Source: Parasitella parasitica NRRL 2501 (lineage: Eukaryota; Fungi; Mucoromycota). Taken from it: a stretch of 46,726 nucleotides of DNA. Of the stretch, positions 1 through 13,159 are shown piece by piece. The DNA is taken from contig MU619371.1 in assembly GCA_025201805.1 (NCBI GenBank), positions 41,138-87,863 on the forward strand. The letters are read 5' to 3'. The position numbers and the translations under genes were made by a program. Positions within the stretch are counted from its first letter, which is position 1. The number at the start of each line of letters is the position of its first letter. The notes under the pieces are model-generated. The model saw nothing but the letters and a program-made list of their open reading frames with translations. It ran no database searches and was not told the origin of the DNA.

Positions 1-37
<37 letters not shown>
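1..37. repeat. poly(A) tract
   Basis: Uninterrupted A run at the window start. Confidence 0.9.
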
Positions 38-39
<2 letters not shown>

Positions 40-2005
40 AACACTTGAACTGACATTGCGCATTATTATAAGCAACAATGGTAATAGGGCTTCTCTGTCA
101 CTGGGAATTAGCAACTGATATGAATTATTCACAAATAATAAAGGGTTTTTACAGCAAAATATTATCTTCATTAATTATCCTCTTCTGCTTCCAGCCCAAT
201 AAGCCAAACTTGGTTTATCATTTTACTATGAAGATAGGTATACTTGTGGTATCAAAAATACATGCTTTATAGAGCTGTGTCATGTATTAGAATTGATATT
301 GACGTGACATCATCTGCAGATAGATATTTTTACAGCTTAAAAGCAAGAAATTTAGCTTAGTGTGCCATTTTTTGGCTGATTTCATAATCAAAAGTGTCTT
401 TAAAACACCAGAAATAGTATCCGTTGGGAAAAGACCATGTTATATATGATTTTGGTGCAATTTGAGCATAATTTTTTTTTTCGATGCAAATTGACTGATT
501 TTTTTCGATTTTTTCCTTGTATCCACACATCCAAAATCATTGATTACGCATTATCCTCGATTTTGAAAAAGCAACTTTTTACTATGGCATATATTAGAGG
601 AAAATGATCGTAAAAGACCATTCCTTGCTCTGAAAGACTGGAAATGCGCTCTGATGAAGCAAAATATTGACTTTTCCCTCTTGATCTGCTTTTGAGGTTT
701 TCTCAGCACAATTCCTTCCATAAGCATACGGGAATTATGAAATGATACCATCGTGTAGAGCGTCCAAAAAGACACCTATTATCATAGACCGACTGCCGTG
801 GTATGCATAGTATCGGAGGATGATATCTTGTCTCAAAGGAGTAATTTTGTTTTCAAAATGTCCAAATGGAGTTTTTGAAAGAATTTTCTCTTCCTGATTT
901 TGGATGCATTCAATCTCCGCTTTCAAAGAAAATAAAATGGTGTTTTTTTTTCAAGAAAGTATTAGCTTTGAGTAGCTATGGCAGACCCAATTCAATAGAA
1001 AAACAATTAAAACATAATTTATACAAATGCTGTGCTTCTTGGATTTTTAATGGTAGTACTTGCATGTCTGCACCTGGCCTGACGACCTCACGCTCCGATT
1101 TTGAAAAATACTTTTGCGAAAAAAAGTCGAAAAAGTCGTTGCCATCATCTGATGTCAACTTGGAAAGTACAAAAACTTGCTCTAAGCTACGCATATATAT
1201 GTAATCAAAAGACGCCTTATAGTCTAATGCATTACTTTTAATTACTTGTTTTTGTGTTTGAGATCACTAAACATTGTTTTCTTACAGTCTTTGTCTTTTT
1301 TCTGACAACAACCCACTGAGGTTCGCGTAGACTAAAAAAAAAACAGGCGCCAAAGATCTACACGCTGGTTTTACAAAGACGCACACTTTTGAAGCATTCC
1401 AATATTATGGAAAAGATGCTACAGGTTTGACTAGCAGTTCTACTGTGCAACCGCATATAGAGAACCCAGCTTGGTAATTGGCTGACAAGACTTTCTACAC
1501 TAGAAGACGCCAGATCAACAGAAGGTATAAGAAAGTGCCACCAAGGTAACACACCCATTCATAAAAAATTATTCTGTATTATAGAGATTCATGAAATAAA
1601 TGAAACAAAGCAATTACTCTTTTTCTCTAAATATGGAAAGAAATCTTTTTAGGGAGCCGTTTTTAAATTTCTTGGCTATATTATCAAGTTTGTTACCAGA
1701 AACCCTAGTCTATATTATCACAATCATCATGGCCTTTTATCATTTACTTGGGGGTTTTTTTTTTCAGAAACTGCAAAATGGCAGTATTACACGCTGTTAG
1801 AGTAAATTTCTTGGACTGCACACAAACAAACGGATCCATCGGCCAAAATTCTTTGTAATAGGCGGTTCTGTCGTATGTACATTCGCTTGTTGACATGAAA
1901 ACAATGCGTCTTTTTTTTTTTATTTATTATTATTATTATTATAATTCTGCGGTGAAATTCTACTGATACATGTGCATATATATATATATATATATAAATG
2001 GTTGC

Positions 2006-2573
2006 TTAAGCTTGTTGCTTGAGTAGTTGCTGTTCGTATTCTCTTTGTCTCTCGTATAGCACAAACTTGATTCTGGCCATGGATTTTTGGCACTACAAGA
2101 AAACCAGATTCAGTCGCACGGTCTTGGGGTGATTGATGCATCAAATTACCTTTTTCAAACGGCCTTGATTTGTCCATAACTGTGTTGGTAACTTTAGGCG
2201 GGATGCCTCTTCTCTTTGGGTGGCAAGCACATTACGCTCTTTCAACAAAACGTACCATAATTTGTGGAGGTCCTCGAACGACTTTTGACGAAGCTCTTGA
2301 GCCTTCCAAGCACGGCCTATTATTTTTTTTGTCTTTAATGCATCGTCTTTTTTTTTTCACAAAAAGGCACACTAATTAACCTGTCCAATTTTGTTTCGGC
2401 AACACTTGGTTATTCTCAAAAAATTGGTAAATGCCAGTTGGCTTTGCTGTGCTGGCGGGGGACACTGAGGACGCATCTGCAGATAAAGCGACTCTGGATG
2501 TGTTTATAGAGCGGCTAGCGGTGGTAGCAGCACTCCAGCTGACGGAACGACCGGCTCTTTGCAACAATGACAT
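2006..2573 (-). CDS. MRPL4: Mitochondrial large ribosomal subunit protein uL29m (MRP-L47/MRPL4), 3 coding exons
   Basis: Spliced translation: R/S/A-rich presequence, then GIYQFF...NWT|[37 protein letters not shown]...LKK|[15 protein letters not shown], the uL29m signature. ATG at 2573, TAA at 2006-2008, GT-AG introns. A 5'-UTR intron acceptor (CTGAC...polypyrimidine...TAG) lies just before the ATG. Confidence 0.93.
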
Positions 2574-2739
2574 GTTTCTATACACGAGAAAAAAAAAGTA
2601 AGGTCAGGGTCTGAGGGGTTGACATTTGCGAGGGTTGGCAATATAAAAAANNNNNNNNNNNNNNNNNNNNNNNNNNNNNNNNNNNNNNNNNNNNNNNNNN
2701 NNNNNNNNNNNNNNNNNNNNNNNNNNNNNNNNNNNAAAA

Positions 2740-2985
2740 GAGTCCCATATGCCGTGACGCCTTCCAACGGAACAACAGGCATGCACGGTAAGAACAAATC
2801 GAAAAACTCTCTGATCGACAGGATACATGCCGTGTCTCTATCTATCTCTCTCCTGTAGAGAATATCTCCCATGCTTGCATGATGTGCGGCATGTAACAAT
2901 ATATATAAATGAGAAAAGAAACCCCTACATGGAGATGACATGCATCCGTTTGCTTTAATTTGCGACATCTAATGACTTGGGAAAA
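2740..2985 (-). ncRNA. Candidate structured RNA of unknown family
   Basis: Several nested helices pair fully on the minus strand only through G-U wobbles, e.g. GGAUGCAUGUC (2947-2937) with GGCAUGUAUCC (2831-2821). I did not recognise any family box motif. Confidence 0.4.
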
Positions 2986-3231
2986 TGCAAAAAGCTTTTT
3001 TTTTTTTTAGGAGGGGCCCCAAAGTGACATTTGAAAAGCTTGCATTTTGTCGTTTTATGTAATATATAGAAAGTAGTAGAGTAGAAGGTTAGAGTTATTA
3101 ACTGAAGAAATAAGGGGATCAAAGAAGACGGGAGAAGGGGCGGGGGGGGGAGAGGGACAAGGAAAGATATACATCATTAGTGGGGTTTGAAAAAAAAATA
3201 TTTTGTATATTCTGCCGCTAGAGGCATGCGC

Positions 3232-4548
3232 TTATAAAAGACCAACATCGCGCAGATTGTTCTGAATAATAATATCATTGACAGCAGCCATCACAAACTT
3301 GATCTGCTGTGTATCAGTTGCGCACGTGAAATGAGTGTAGATTTGTTTGGAATCCGACTGATTCAATGACACAAATCGGTTTAGTATGTAATCGCTGGCT
3401 GCTTCGTAGCTCTCGGGACCTAATTTCAATTAAGATTAAATCCTGCAGAAGGGAGCATTGCATCGCCTTACCATCAAAATCTCTAAAGCTTTCATTGAGA
3501 GGATGTTTTGGTAGCTTTTCTCGGAATATGTCAATTTTGTTCAGAAAGAGGATTATCGACGTTTTGATAAACCATCGAGAGTTGCAAATCGAGTCAAACA
3601 AAGTCAACGCTTCCTGCATACGATTCTACGCAGAGAGAGAGAGAGAGAGAGAGAGGATCAATACTAGCCATGATTCACATGCTACATCTGTCGATACGTA
3701 CCACGGTTTCGTCTTCAATGAGCACTTGGTCGTATTCAGAAATGGCTACCAGGAAGATGATGGCTGTCACATTCTCAAAGCAGTGGATCCACTTTTTCCG
3801 CTCTGATCTCTGGCCACCCACATCAAACATGCGATAGGTGAGGTCGCCAATGACAAACGTGGTTTCTGTAATGCCTGTTGTCTTTACTCGCGAGCGGAGT
3901 ACGTCCTGATCTGTCGGCACATAGTTGAGGTCTCCGATGCGGTCGATTGAATCAAAGTAGCTTTTTGAGGCAGGGTTAGACGAGGCGATCAGCACAATAT
4001 GTGGTCCCCACTTACTATTTAGCAGAGTCGTTTAGCTGATATTCGCGGCTTCTATCGAATACGCTCAAGAGATTCTCGTCTTTCCACAGAGATTTCAATG
4101 CCAGAGTCACTTCAGGAGGAAGCGAATCACGTTCTATCTGCGGTGGTAGGTCAAGGATCACTGTAGAATGGTGTTTGTTCTGCGACGTGGCGTACGAGAT
4201 GCCCATGTTCTCCATGGCCTCCAGTATGACTCTCATCGACTGGACTGTGTTGGAAAAGATGATCTCCTTGAAGGCCTCTCTCTCATCGCGGGAATAGCCG
4301 CCGTCGTGAATCAGCTTCATCTGCTTGAGTATAGTCGATTTGCCAGACTCACCAGCGCCTAATTACGTACAAGCGTTAGTCAGCTCCTGAGCATGCTTAC
4401 CAGCACATTTGTAGACGAATAGACACTTACCCAACAGAAGCATCTTGACCTCGTTCCGCATGTTCAGCTTGTCCCGCTTGATTTGGTTGTCGATTTCCTC
4501 GTTGCGAGCTTTGCCATCGTGGACTTCGTTGGATTGACAGCAGCCCAT
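3232..4548 (-). CDS. Heterotrimeric G protein alpha subunit, fungal group I (Gi-like), multi-exon
   Basis: MGCCQS myristoylation/palmitoylation N-terminus; [10 protein letters not shown]-loop, [26 protein letters not shown] and TCATDT motifs; C-terminus NNLRDVGLL. Confidence 0.97.
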
Positions 4549-7062
4549 TGTTCACGGTTATTCAGATCTGAAAAAGAAAAGAAAAAGAAAAAGAAAGAAA
4601 AAAGGCAAAAAGATAAGGGGATCCTTCTGATCAGAAAAGAATCAGGCAAAACAGTATGCAGTCAGAATCCCCTCTTTTTGCTGTTCAAACAATAGTTCAT
4701 TTCTAGCCTATTACAGATAACCTGTTGTCCCCCCCCCCCGACACACACACACACCCCTTCTCTGCCTAATTGCTCCTCCTCCTTACTCCTTGAATTTGTC
4801 TCCTTGTTGTTTATGATCTCTGTCTCTGTTTGCTGATAAAATAGCACACTCTCATCGTACATACTGCAGGCCGCTCGTTTGAGTCGAAAAACTCTAGTGT
4901 CTTTCACTGCCACAGGTGCATATTATCAAGACATCATGCTACCACCCGCTACCGTCAAACTCAATAGACAAGCAACCTGGTACCAATTAGACTAATTAAT
5001 AATATATATCAACTTGGAGGTACAGTGCGACCTTTTGCAAAACCCAGTTTTCTACCCATGCTGCTGCTCTTTTACAATTTGGAATAACAGGGGCTCTCTG
5101 TCTCTCTCTCTCTTTCAAGGAGCGGAACAATAACCGTATAGTTCTCTGGGGCAAACTCCAGTTATTTGACTTGGTCTGTCCCTCTCATTGCTGCAACTCT
5201 GAAGCAAGTATTTTGTGTTCCCAAAACAATAGGAGTAAATGAAATTAAAAAAAATTACCGTCATATAATAGCAAAACGAGGAACTTGGCTTACAGCGAGA
5301 AATATCAAGTTTTTTTTATTCATAGACAATTGCTTATCTCGCATTTGAGAAGGAATTAGATGTTTGCATCAAAGACGGCATACGCAGTTGGTAACAAATA
5401 ATATAACGGCACGGCGCCTTTCTAGACGCATTTGCAGTATTAATTGTAATTGCATACTGCCTTGCCACCGCTAAAAAAGCATACAATACGATTGACACAT
5501 TGTGTTCCATCAAACACTACATGTACGCAAGTGCAAATCAAATGCGATTACGTTAGACTTGTGTCGCCACGTTGTTATCCTGCTCAGTGTCCAACGCTAT
5601 TTGCACAGGAGAATAGCAAATGTTCTCAATACAGTTTTTGAGCAGCAGCAGCACAGTTTCATGCCATCCAGGACATCAATAACGGACTCCTTGATTTACA
5701 TTACTTGATGAGAAAAAAAAGGACCAAGTAACATTTATGGTGGCGGCAACAACATGCAATGGGCTCTGCGTCACAAAACTTGATGATCTACATGGATGCT
5801 TAAACATCTCTTTGGTAATCTCGTGCAAGCCGGATTTTTGTTTTTGTGGATATCGCCGTGCTTTGAGAGAAGGCGCTTTGATCCGGGAATTTTTGGAAAA
5901 ACATGTAGGTTCTGTTAGGTTTATAGGCTAGACGAGAAACTGGTCCTTTTCTGATACATGTGAAAATTATATTTTCAAAGACCCAAAAGGTGCCAGTCTC
6001 TATGGTGATGTAAACGTCTACAAACGACCATGCCAGTGACGAAAAGGCTATTTTCAGCATTAATGTATGCTGATGGGATGATGTTCTCTATAAAAACTAG
6101 CTTTCCACAGGTTCATCTTGATTTCAACTTCTTGGCCAATTTCTTTCAATTTGCAATGCAAAAAGCCAGATTACCGTCAAGATGTAGCGAAATCTCAAGA
6201 TTGTGACATAGCGTATTCCTGCCTGAGTCAATTCAGACGCACTAAATTATTTGTAAATTGGCAACCTTAAAGGGAATAAAGCGTACGTTCTGGGAACCAG
6301 CATACACACATATTAATCATGGATCAGCCATTGAAAAACGCCCAGATCGGTTCGATTTATCCATGAAGCAATGTGTTTGTTGTTTGATGTTTGATGTAAT
6401 TCAAATGTCTACCTTGTTACAATAAATTTGGCCAATTTCTGTACAACACAACACAATATGGAACAACATTTGGTAGCTTGCTTTTTTTTCAAAACGCAGA
6501 ATGTAGCTCAATGAGGGAGAGTCGCAAAAGCAATATCATTTGATATTGAAAATGATCCAAAGACTGACTGATGTCATTTTATTACCGGGAAACAACAATT
6601 GCAAACTCTATCAATCATACTGAATGTACAAGATGATGACCGCTATTTCCTCTTGTTAGCAATGGCCCCCATTAGCTTTGTATGTTGATCAACAAATGCA
6701 CAATAAAAGCAGTAGCATTGCCACTTATGCCGATAATGAAACCTGTACAAATGGTCAAGACAGAGAGGTTCTAATGTGACATCATGCACAACTGCGCATG
6801 CACTTGAAATAATTCTATATATTATACATTGAAAACACACGACCATTAGGCTTGTATACCCTTGACTCGGAGTCAGTTTGTTTAGTTGCAAACAAAAAAT
6901 GCAGACTATATATATCGAACATGGAGTATGTATTTCATGATTTTGTGCGTTACTTGCTCATATTACAAATGACACAAAAAAAAAAAAAAAGCTATGATAT
7001 GCATAACTTTCATTTGGGTCGATTTCACAAAAATTAATATATACAGCCAAAAGGTTTTAATC

Positions 7063-7104
<42 letters not shown>

Positions 7105-7769
7105 CATTTAGTATGAGTGATTAGCACGGCAGAAACAAAAGGATTTCACTGACATCTAATAAATCTAATTCATCCTTGATGCACTTGGGCATTTCCAATG
7201 ACTCATTTATATATCAAGGGAGAGAATAAGCAGAAAAATAAGAAAGGCGTATATTGCAAAAAGTACCAGCGAATACCTGTCGTTGCGAAATCCTAATTTA
7301 CTATTTCTTTTTACTAAAACATCGAAAATAATGCTCTAAAACTGTATAGTTCCGAAACTGATATGTCTCGATTAAGGCTAGCGCTTTTATTCCACATCGA
7401 ATAAAACAACATTTTCTATTGGAAATTTAGAGAGTAAATATAGATCTACGGGTTTTCATCGAATCGAGGTCACTGCATTATCTTAGGGGCTCAGCACGCA
7501 CCATAGGATACATTGTAATAATGTGCAAACAATGTTGGTTGATTGGGGCATCTTTAGAAACCTCTCATTTTTCTCTTTTTGCACTAAATACCTGTGTTAC
7601 TCGCAGGCATAATATAAAAAGCAACTCCGTTCAGCTGCCAATCCAAAATCTGATTCCCATTATAGGAGTTGCATGATGTCATATCACTGCGTATCATGTA
7701 TAAAAATAAAGATAGACAGGTAGTTTACTACGATTTATCCTCTTTCTTTCAAACAATCACAACGAAAAA

Positions 7770-7997
7770 ATGGCTTCATTACAATCCAAAGCACCAGTTG
7801 ACCTCCACCAACATCGCAATACAATCACGTCGTCAATGACGAGAGAAGATGTAATGTTGCTTGCTCAGAATGAATATGCTCGACAATTATGTAAATTTAC
7901 AAAAGCACAATTAAAGAAAAAAGTGCCTTGTTACACCGAGCAGCGTAACATTGGAATCAAAACAATGCCTTTGTTAAAGTCAGCATCTCATCAGTAA
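7770..7997 (+). CDS. Small hypothetical protein (75 aa)
   Basis: Intronless ORF with A-rich start context (aaaaaATGG), TATAAA about 70 bp upstream and a helical-looking core (MLLAQNEYARQLCKFTKAQL). Confidence 0.55.
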   Translation: MASLQSKAPVDLHQHRNTITSSMTREDVMLLAQNEYARQLCKFTKAQLKKKVPCYTEQRNIGIKTMPLLKSASHQ

Positions 7998-8657
7998 ATA
8001 ATCATCACTATCATATACTCATTTCTGTAAATACTTCCTCCACTTGCTTGCGATATCTTTACACCTGTGTCGTCTACTAAACATTACTGTCGCGCTCAGT
8101 CTCGATGCTAAAAGTTTTTATATTATGCAGAAATTAACAGTTTAGAAAAGTATCATAAAATTCAAGTTAATAAATAAGCCATATAAAAGTGTTTGTATAT
8201 ACACAACTCTTTTTTTTTTTTTTTTTTTTNNNNNNNNNNNNNNNNNNNNNNNNNNNNNNNNNNNAATTCCTCAAGTTCCAGTCCTCACTGCCCTTATGCT
8301 CAATTGATTATTGTGAAAAAAAAGTTGAATTTTAATGTAAATTGGCTTGATTTTAGACTTACAATGCTCAAGGTTTGAATGTACTACTCGCCCCCCCCCC
8401 CAAAAAAAAAAGAAATATTATTCATAGCTCTCTTGTTTAATTGTATATCCATTCACTGGACATTGAGCAATCAATGCAATAATTGTAAGAGTATCCAATC
8501 CTATTTCTCCAGACCCGAATGGGTTGCTACCTACAGGAACCGAGTTTACTCTGGTTTCTCGTCCAGGAAATATTGTAGATTCGAAATACATCTAGCGCAA
8601 AACATTTTTGTGGAGCTTTCCTCATCTGGTCATTAGTGAGTGTCGACATTTATTAAT

Positions 8658-10266
8658 TTAAATCATATCGATAATGGCGGTGACGCTGGATGTTTGCTGC
8701 TCGCCTTCATCTTTGACGATACGTTTAATTGATTTCCACCTCCCCAAGTTACGGCTGCTTTGATTAACTGTATCACAAATCAGAGAAAATGGCATCAGTA
8801 ACTGTAAAATAATAATCCCCCTTTGTATTATAGTAATCCTACGTGATGTATAGCTACAATTAGCCTGCCCCAGCATGATTTTCGGCAATGAATCACGATC
8901 TTCGAGGTTGCTGATCCTTTTTCTATTTGGGGCTGTATTTGATCTTTTGAGAATATTGGTCGGAAGTGGCGAGCTCGTGTTTTTACTGAACGAAAACATG
9001 TCAGAGGCAGAAAAAGAAGAATGCGGCATTGAGTATGGCCCTTTGGCCTGTTCAAATGACGAGTTGATCGTGGCCGAATGTCTGCGTTGTCTAATGTGCG
9101 GCGGTAGTGAGACGGAGGGTGATGAAGGTACCGTGGCCTTTTCACAATTCGCTATTTCAGGCAATTTTGATATTAACGGGATTGTGAGTCAGGACGATCA
9201 TCAACTAACCTGGATATGCCGAGATCTTGTCAACGTCATTCTGCAAAGAGTTTGGCATCAGGAATTTATTTTGATGCAAGATGAGGAATTCAAGAGCTCG
9301 TTGAGATTCCTTGTAGCCTGCAGGATTTGTTGCATGAGCAGGATCAGAGAAAATGACCTATTTTAGGGCCGAGTAAATCCATATATGTGCAAAGTTCAAA
9401 AAGCTATTAATAATTACTGGTGAGAAGGCCGTTGCTAACGACGACGATTCCATACGAGTGTATTCTGCACATTGTGAGAATAAATAAAGCAGATCCAATA
9501 AATATAATAAAAGGTATTGATGTGCTATTGGTAGTCTCTCAATGAGGTTCTGGAACGCATCGATCTTTGATTCCAAACTAGGAAATTCAGCATCTGTTTT
9601 TTTGTTAGCTTGTGTGATCAAGTATAACAATGTCTTGGGGGGGGGGGAACGGTACCTAATGTGGTCTTGAATAATGCTTGATAGTGTAGACTAATCAATG
9701 GTTGTGGAAGATGGTTGAGAAAACGTCGCATTACATTGGATGCGTCATGAACTGTGTAGTCTTGCCAGTTTAGATGAAGGCCGTAATCTTCAGAGGGAGC
9801 ATCGAAGATGGCTTGCAGCATTGATATTCGCTTGGCATTACCTGAAAGACGGAAGATGCCTTCTGTGTAGAGGGCTACAGAACAAAGTTACACTGACTGT
9901 GGCATTGATAAGCTATCCTCCTATTAGTCACCTTTTTCCTTTAGAAAGGCCCCGCATTTTGCAACGATGGTTGGAATAATGGCATTACAATGACTGTGTG
10001 CGCGCTCATCTAGGTAAGATATCCTTGAATGTGCGTATCTTAGTGAATCCGTTAACGGAATACCAAACACAACTCCTTGTTTTTCTGAAAGTTTATTTTC
10101 TGCAAATTTGGTTTGTTTTGAATTTTTGATTTTTACCATATTGATTTCCTCTTTCAGTTTTCATGTTACTGTTGGCTTTTCTCCACCATGCTTTCACGAG
10201 CGATTTTTGACTAGGCGATAACTCTAGAAATGGAGACTCGGATGATGATGATATTAAAGTTGGCAT
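8658..10266 (-). CDS. Rho GTPase-activating protein (Sac7/Bag7-like), multi-exon
   Basis: Exons give VFGIPL...IPTIVAKCGAFLKEK, EGIFRLSG (arginine finger), YTVHDASNVMRRFLNHLPQPLI and LLLYLLDLL...RMESSSLATAFSP, followed by a Ser-rich tail. The 3' exon boundaries are less certain. Confidence 0.9.
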
Positions 10267-10267
10267 A

Positions 10268-10334
<67 letters not shown>

Positions 10335-11778
10335 AGGAGAAAATAAACGGTGAAAAGAAATTGCAGTTTTTACTGTTTGTTTTTTGCTTAATTTGGATGA
10401 CTCCCTGAGTACGGTGCCTCCAGCTTTTCACGCTTTTATAAAATGTCAATTGGAAGCTCAATTTGCATTACCAACACAAGTTGATTAACCCAAGTACAAA
10501 ATTTCGAGATAAACCTTCTTATTGCTCATATTGACACTCTATCGCACAATAATTCCGATTCCCCTTTATTGATATATACATACTTTTGGTCTTGTCTTTA
10601 TCATCTAGCTTTTACAAATATATGTAGCAAAATTAAATGTTGTAAGCAATGAGCATCTTACATGGTTGCTATAGCAATATGGAAACCAAAAGAATGAATA
10701 TACTTGGCATTACAAATGACGAGGCTACTCCCTTATAAAGCTCCAGGATACACCACAATGGCCTTGTGGGTTTATTACTCTTAGACACCTTACAACAGAT
10801 TCATGTGCAAAGAAATCTGTTGGAAAAAGAGGCCCAAGACATAGTTTAAATGGGTGTATTTGGTCATCTTTGCGACTGACAAGATCGTAATATTAATGAC
10901 TCTATTTGTCAATCCTCAGCTACACAGCACAAGTGATGAGGAACGAGGATGAGACTGCAAAGCATGAAATTCCATATACATATTTAGTCCCACCTGCAAG
11001 TCGATACTTTGATATGCTAGAAATATGCCAATTGACGCCTATCGTACAAATTAAAGATATTACACCACAATCAACATTGCTTGGAGTCGGAAAATTCTAA
11101 CGTCTGAAGGGGATTATGTTGTAAAGATCCAAGGCGTCCCCATCAAAGAGATATTTAAATGAAATGGTAGATTTTCGTGAACCCCCCCCACACACACACA
11201 CACATGCGCTGCCAACTCGCAGGACTTGGCACCAAGTGCTTTCAGCAAGGAAATTACGTATACGTGCTTAAGAGCAGTATTCAGTGAATATTTTCAACTC
11301 TAATCTCGTATGTCTAGAAAGCTGTGCGTCCTTTTAGGCTGGTCGTAATCAATTTTGCTGGGCTGAGAACGTCGCCGCAAGGTCTTTCCAACTTCATGTC
11401 GTAAAGCATGGTTTACTATGGCAATAGCATCCTTTTGATTGCTGTTAATTGTATATGATTTTTTGACTGGAGATACGTAGTAGGTCTGCAATAAAGCAAT
11501 TCATGGGAAATAACCTCCAATTCAGACGGTTCCCGACACATTTGCAATGTCGAATTGTCCCGAGAAACCACCAAAATACACATGTATCTATAGTATTTGA
11601 AGGTGTCCATAGTCCCCGTAAGAAAAAAGTTTATTGTTTGCGTCTATTCAAAATTAGTAGTGGAAGAGAATATAGAAAAAAGCAAAGAGGAGGATATTAA
11701 CTAAGAGGGACAATATTGGTCCACGATAAATACGATTCTATTTACAACTTTTATCGAGTGTTTCGTTCAACTTTTATA

Positions 11779-11788
11779 TCAAGATGTG

Positions 11789-11820
<32 letters not shown>

Positions 11821-12045
11821 TGTGGTATCTCTTTTCCTTTTGACAATGATGACCTTCTTTTTGGCGCTAGATTGCTTCTTTTGATCTTCTAGAAATGCAG
11901 AACGGTCGTTTTGATCGTAAGCTGGACAAGGTAATAAGGCGGGACCTGCCACTGTCAAAACGGCTCCTACGGCCACCGCAACAAAAAGATTGTTGGTTAT
12001 CCGCTGCTTTTGTGAATGATTCAAATGTCGAACTTTTGTCCACAT
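11779..12045 (-). CDS. COA2: Cytochrome c oxidase assembly factor Coa2-like small mitochondrial protein with C-terminal polyQ
   Basis: RITNNLF + hydrophobic stretch + LPCPA resembles the yeast Coa2 pattern (KIVNNLY...VLPCPA); basic N-terminus. Confidence 0.65.
11792..11822 (-). repeat. CAG microsatellite encoding polyQ
   Basis: (CTG)n run on the + strand inside the Coa2-like ORF. Confidence 0.9.
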
Positions 12046-13159
12046 GATTCAAACAAGGCTTAGTGTAAGTTGCTGTTGGTTGAAATGAACCAAAGAGGTG
12101 AGAGATGTAGATGTTTGATTNNNNNNNNNNNNNNNNNNNNNNNNNNNNNNNNNNNNNNNNNNNNNNNNNNNNNNNNNNNNNNNNNNNNNNNNNNNNNNNN
12201 NNNNNNNNNNNNNNNNNNNNNNNNNNNNNNNNNNNNNNNNNNNNNNNNNNNNNNNNNNNNNNNNNNNNNNNNNNNNNNNNNNNNNNNNNNNNNNNNNNNN
12301 NNNNNNNNNNNNNNNNNNNNNNNNNNNNNNNNNNNNNNNNNNNNNNNNNNNNNNNNNNNNNNNNNNNNNNNNNNNNNNNNNNNNNNNNNNNNNNNNNNNN
12401 NNNNNNNNNNNNNNNNNNNNNNNNNNNNNNNNNNNNNNNNNNNNNNNNNNNNNNNNNNNNNNNNNNNNNNNNNNNNNNNNNNNNNNNNNNNNNNNNNNNN
12501 NNNNNNNNNNNNNNNNNNNNNNNNNNNNNNNNNNNNNNNNNNNNNNNNNNNNNNNNNNNNNNNNNNNNNNNNNNNNNNNNNNNNNNNNNNNNNNNNNNNN
12601 NNNNNNNNNNNNNNNNNNNNNNNNNNNNNNNNNNNNNNNNNNNNNNNNNNNNNNNNNNNNNNNNNNNNNNNNNNNNNNNNNNNNNNNNNNNNNNNNNNNN
12701 NNNNNNNNNNNNNNNNNNNNNNNNNNNNNNNNNNNNNNNNNNNNNNNNNNNNNNNNNNNNNNNNNNNNNNNNNNNNNNNNNNNNNNNNNNNNNNNNNNNN
12801 NNNNNNNNNNNNNNNNNNNNNNNNNNNNNNNNNNNNNNNNNNNNNNNNNNNNNNNNNNNNNNNNNNNNNNNNNNNNNNNNNNNNNNNNNNNNNNNNNNNN
12901 NNNNNNNNNNNNNNNNNNNNNNNNNNNNNNNNNNNNNNNNNNNNNNNNNNNNNNNNNNNNNNNNNGAGAGTGGACAAGAATGAGCGAGAGAGTCCAAATT
13001 TATCGCTGCATATGTATGTGTACATTGGGCTATTTGATTGTTATTTTGGTTCATTATTTGGCTGGTGTTTTTCCGTATTAAACCTGCTTCTTTGTCGTTC
13101 GTCTTCTTCTTTCTTTTTCCATCATTTACGCTGCTAATACAACACTGCGATACGCCAAA

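Noticed and set aside
551-1560. Short ORFs that could be a decayed gene or transposon
   Set aside because: Interrupted frames with no motif I could assign.
2602-2611. GGTCAGGGTC as a possible telomerase template next to the structured RNA
   Set aside because: It overlaps the branch point of the MRPL4 5'-UTR intron, and its order relative to the three-way junction is wrong for a telomerase RNA.
10500-11700. Possible pseudogene fragments between the RhoGAP and Coa2-like genes
   Set aside because: No consistent frame, splice model or family motif.
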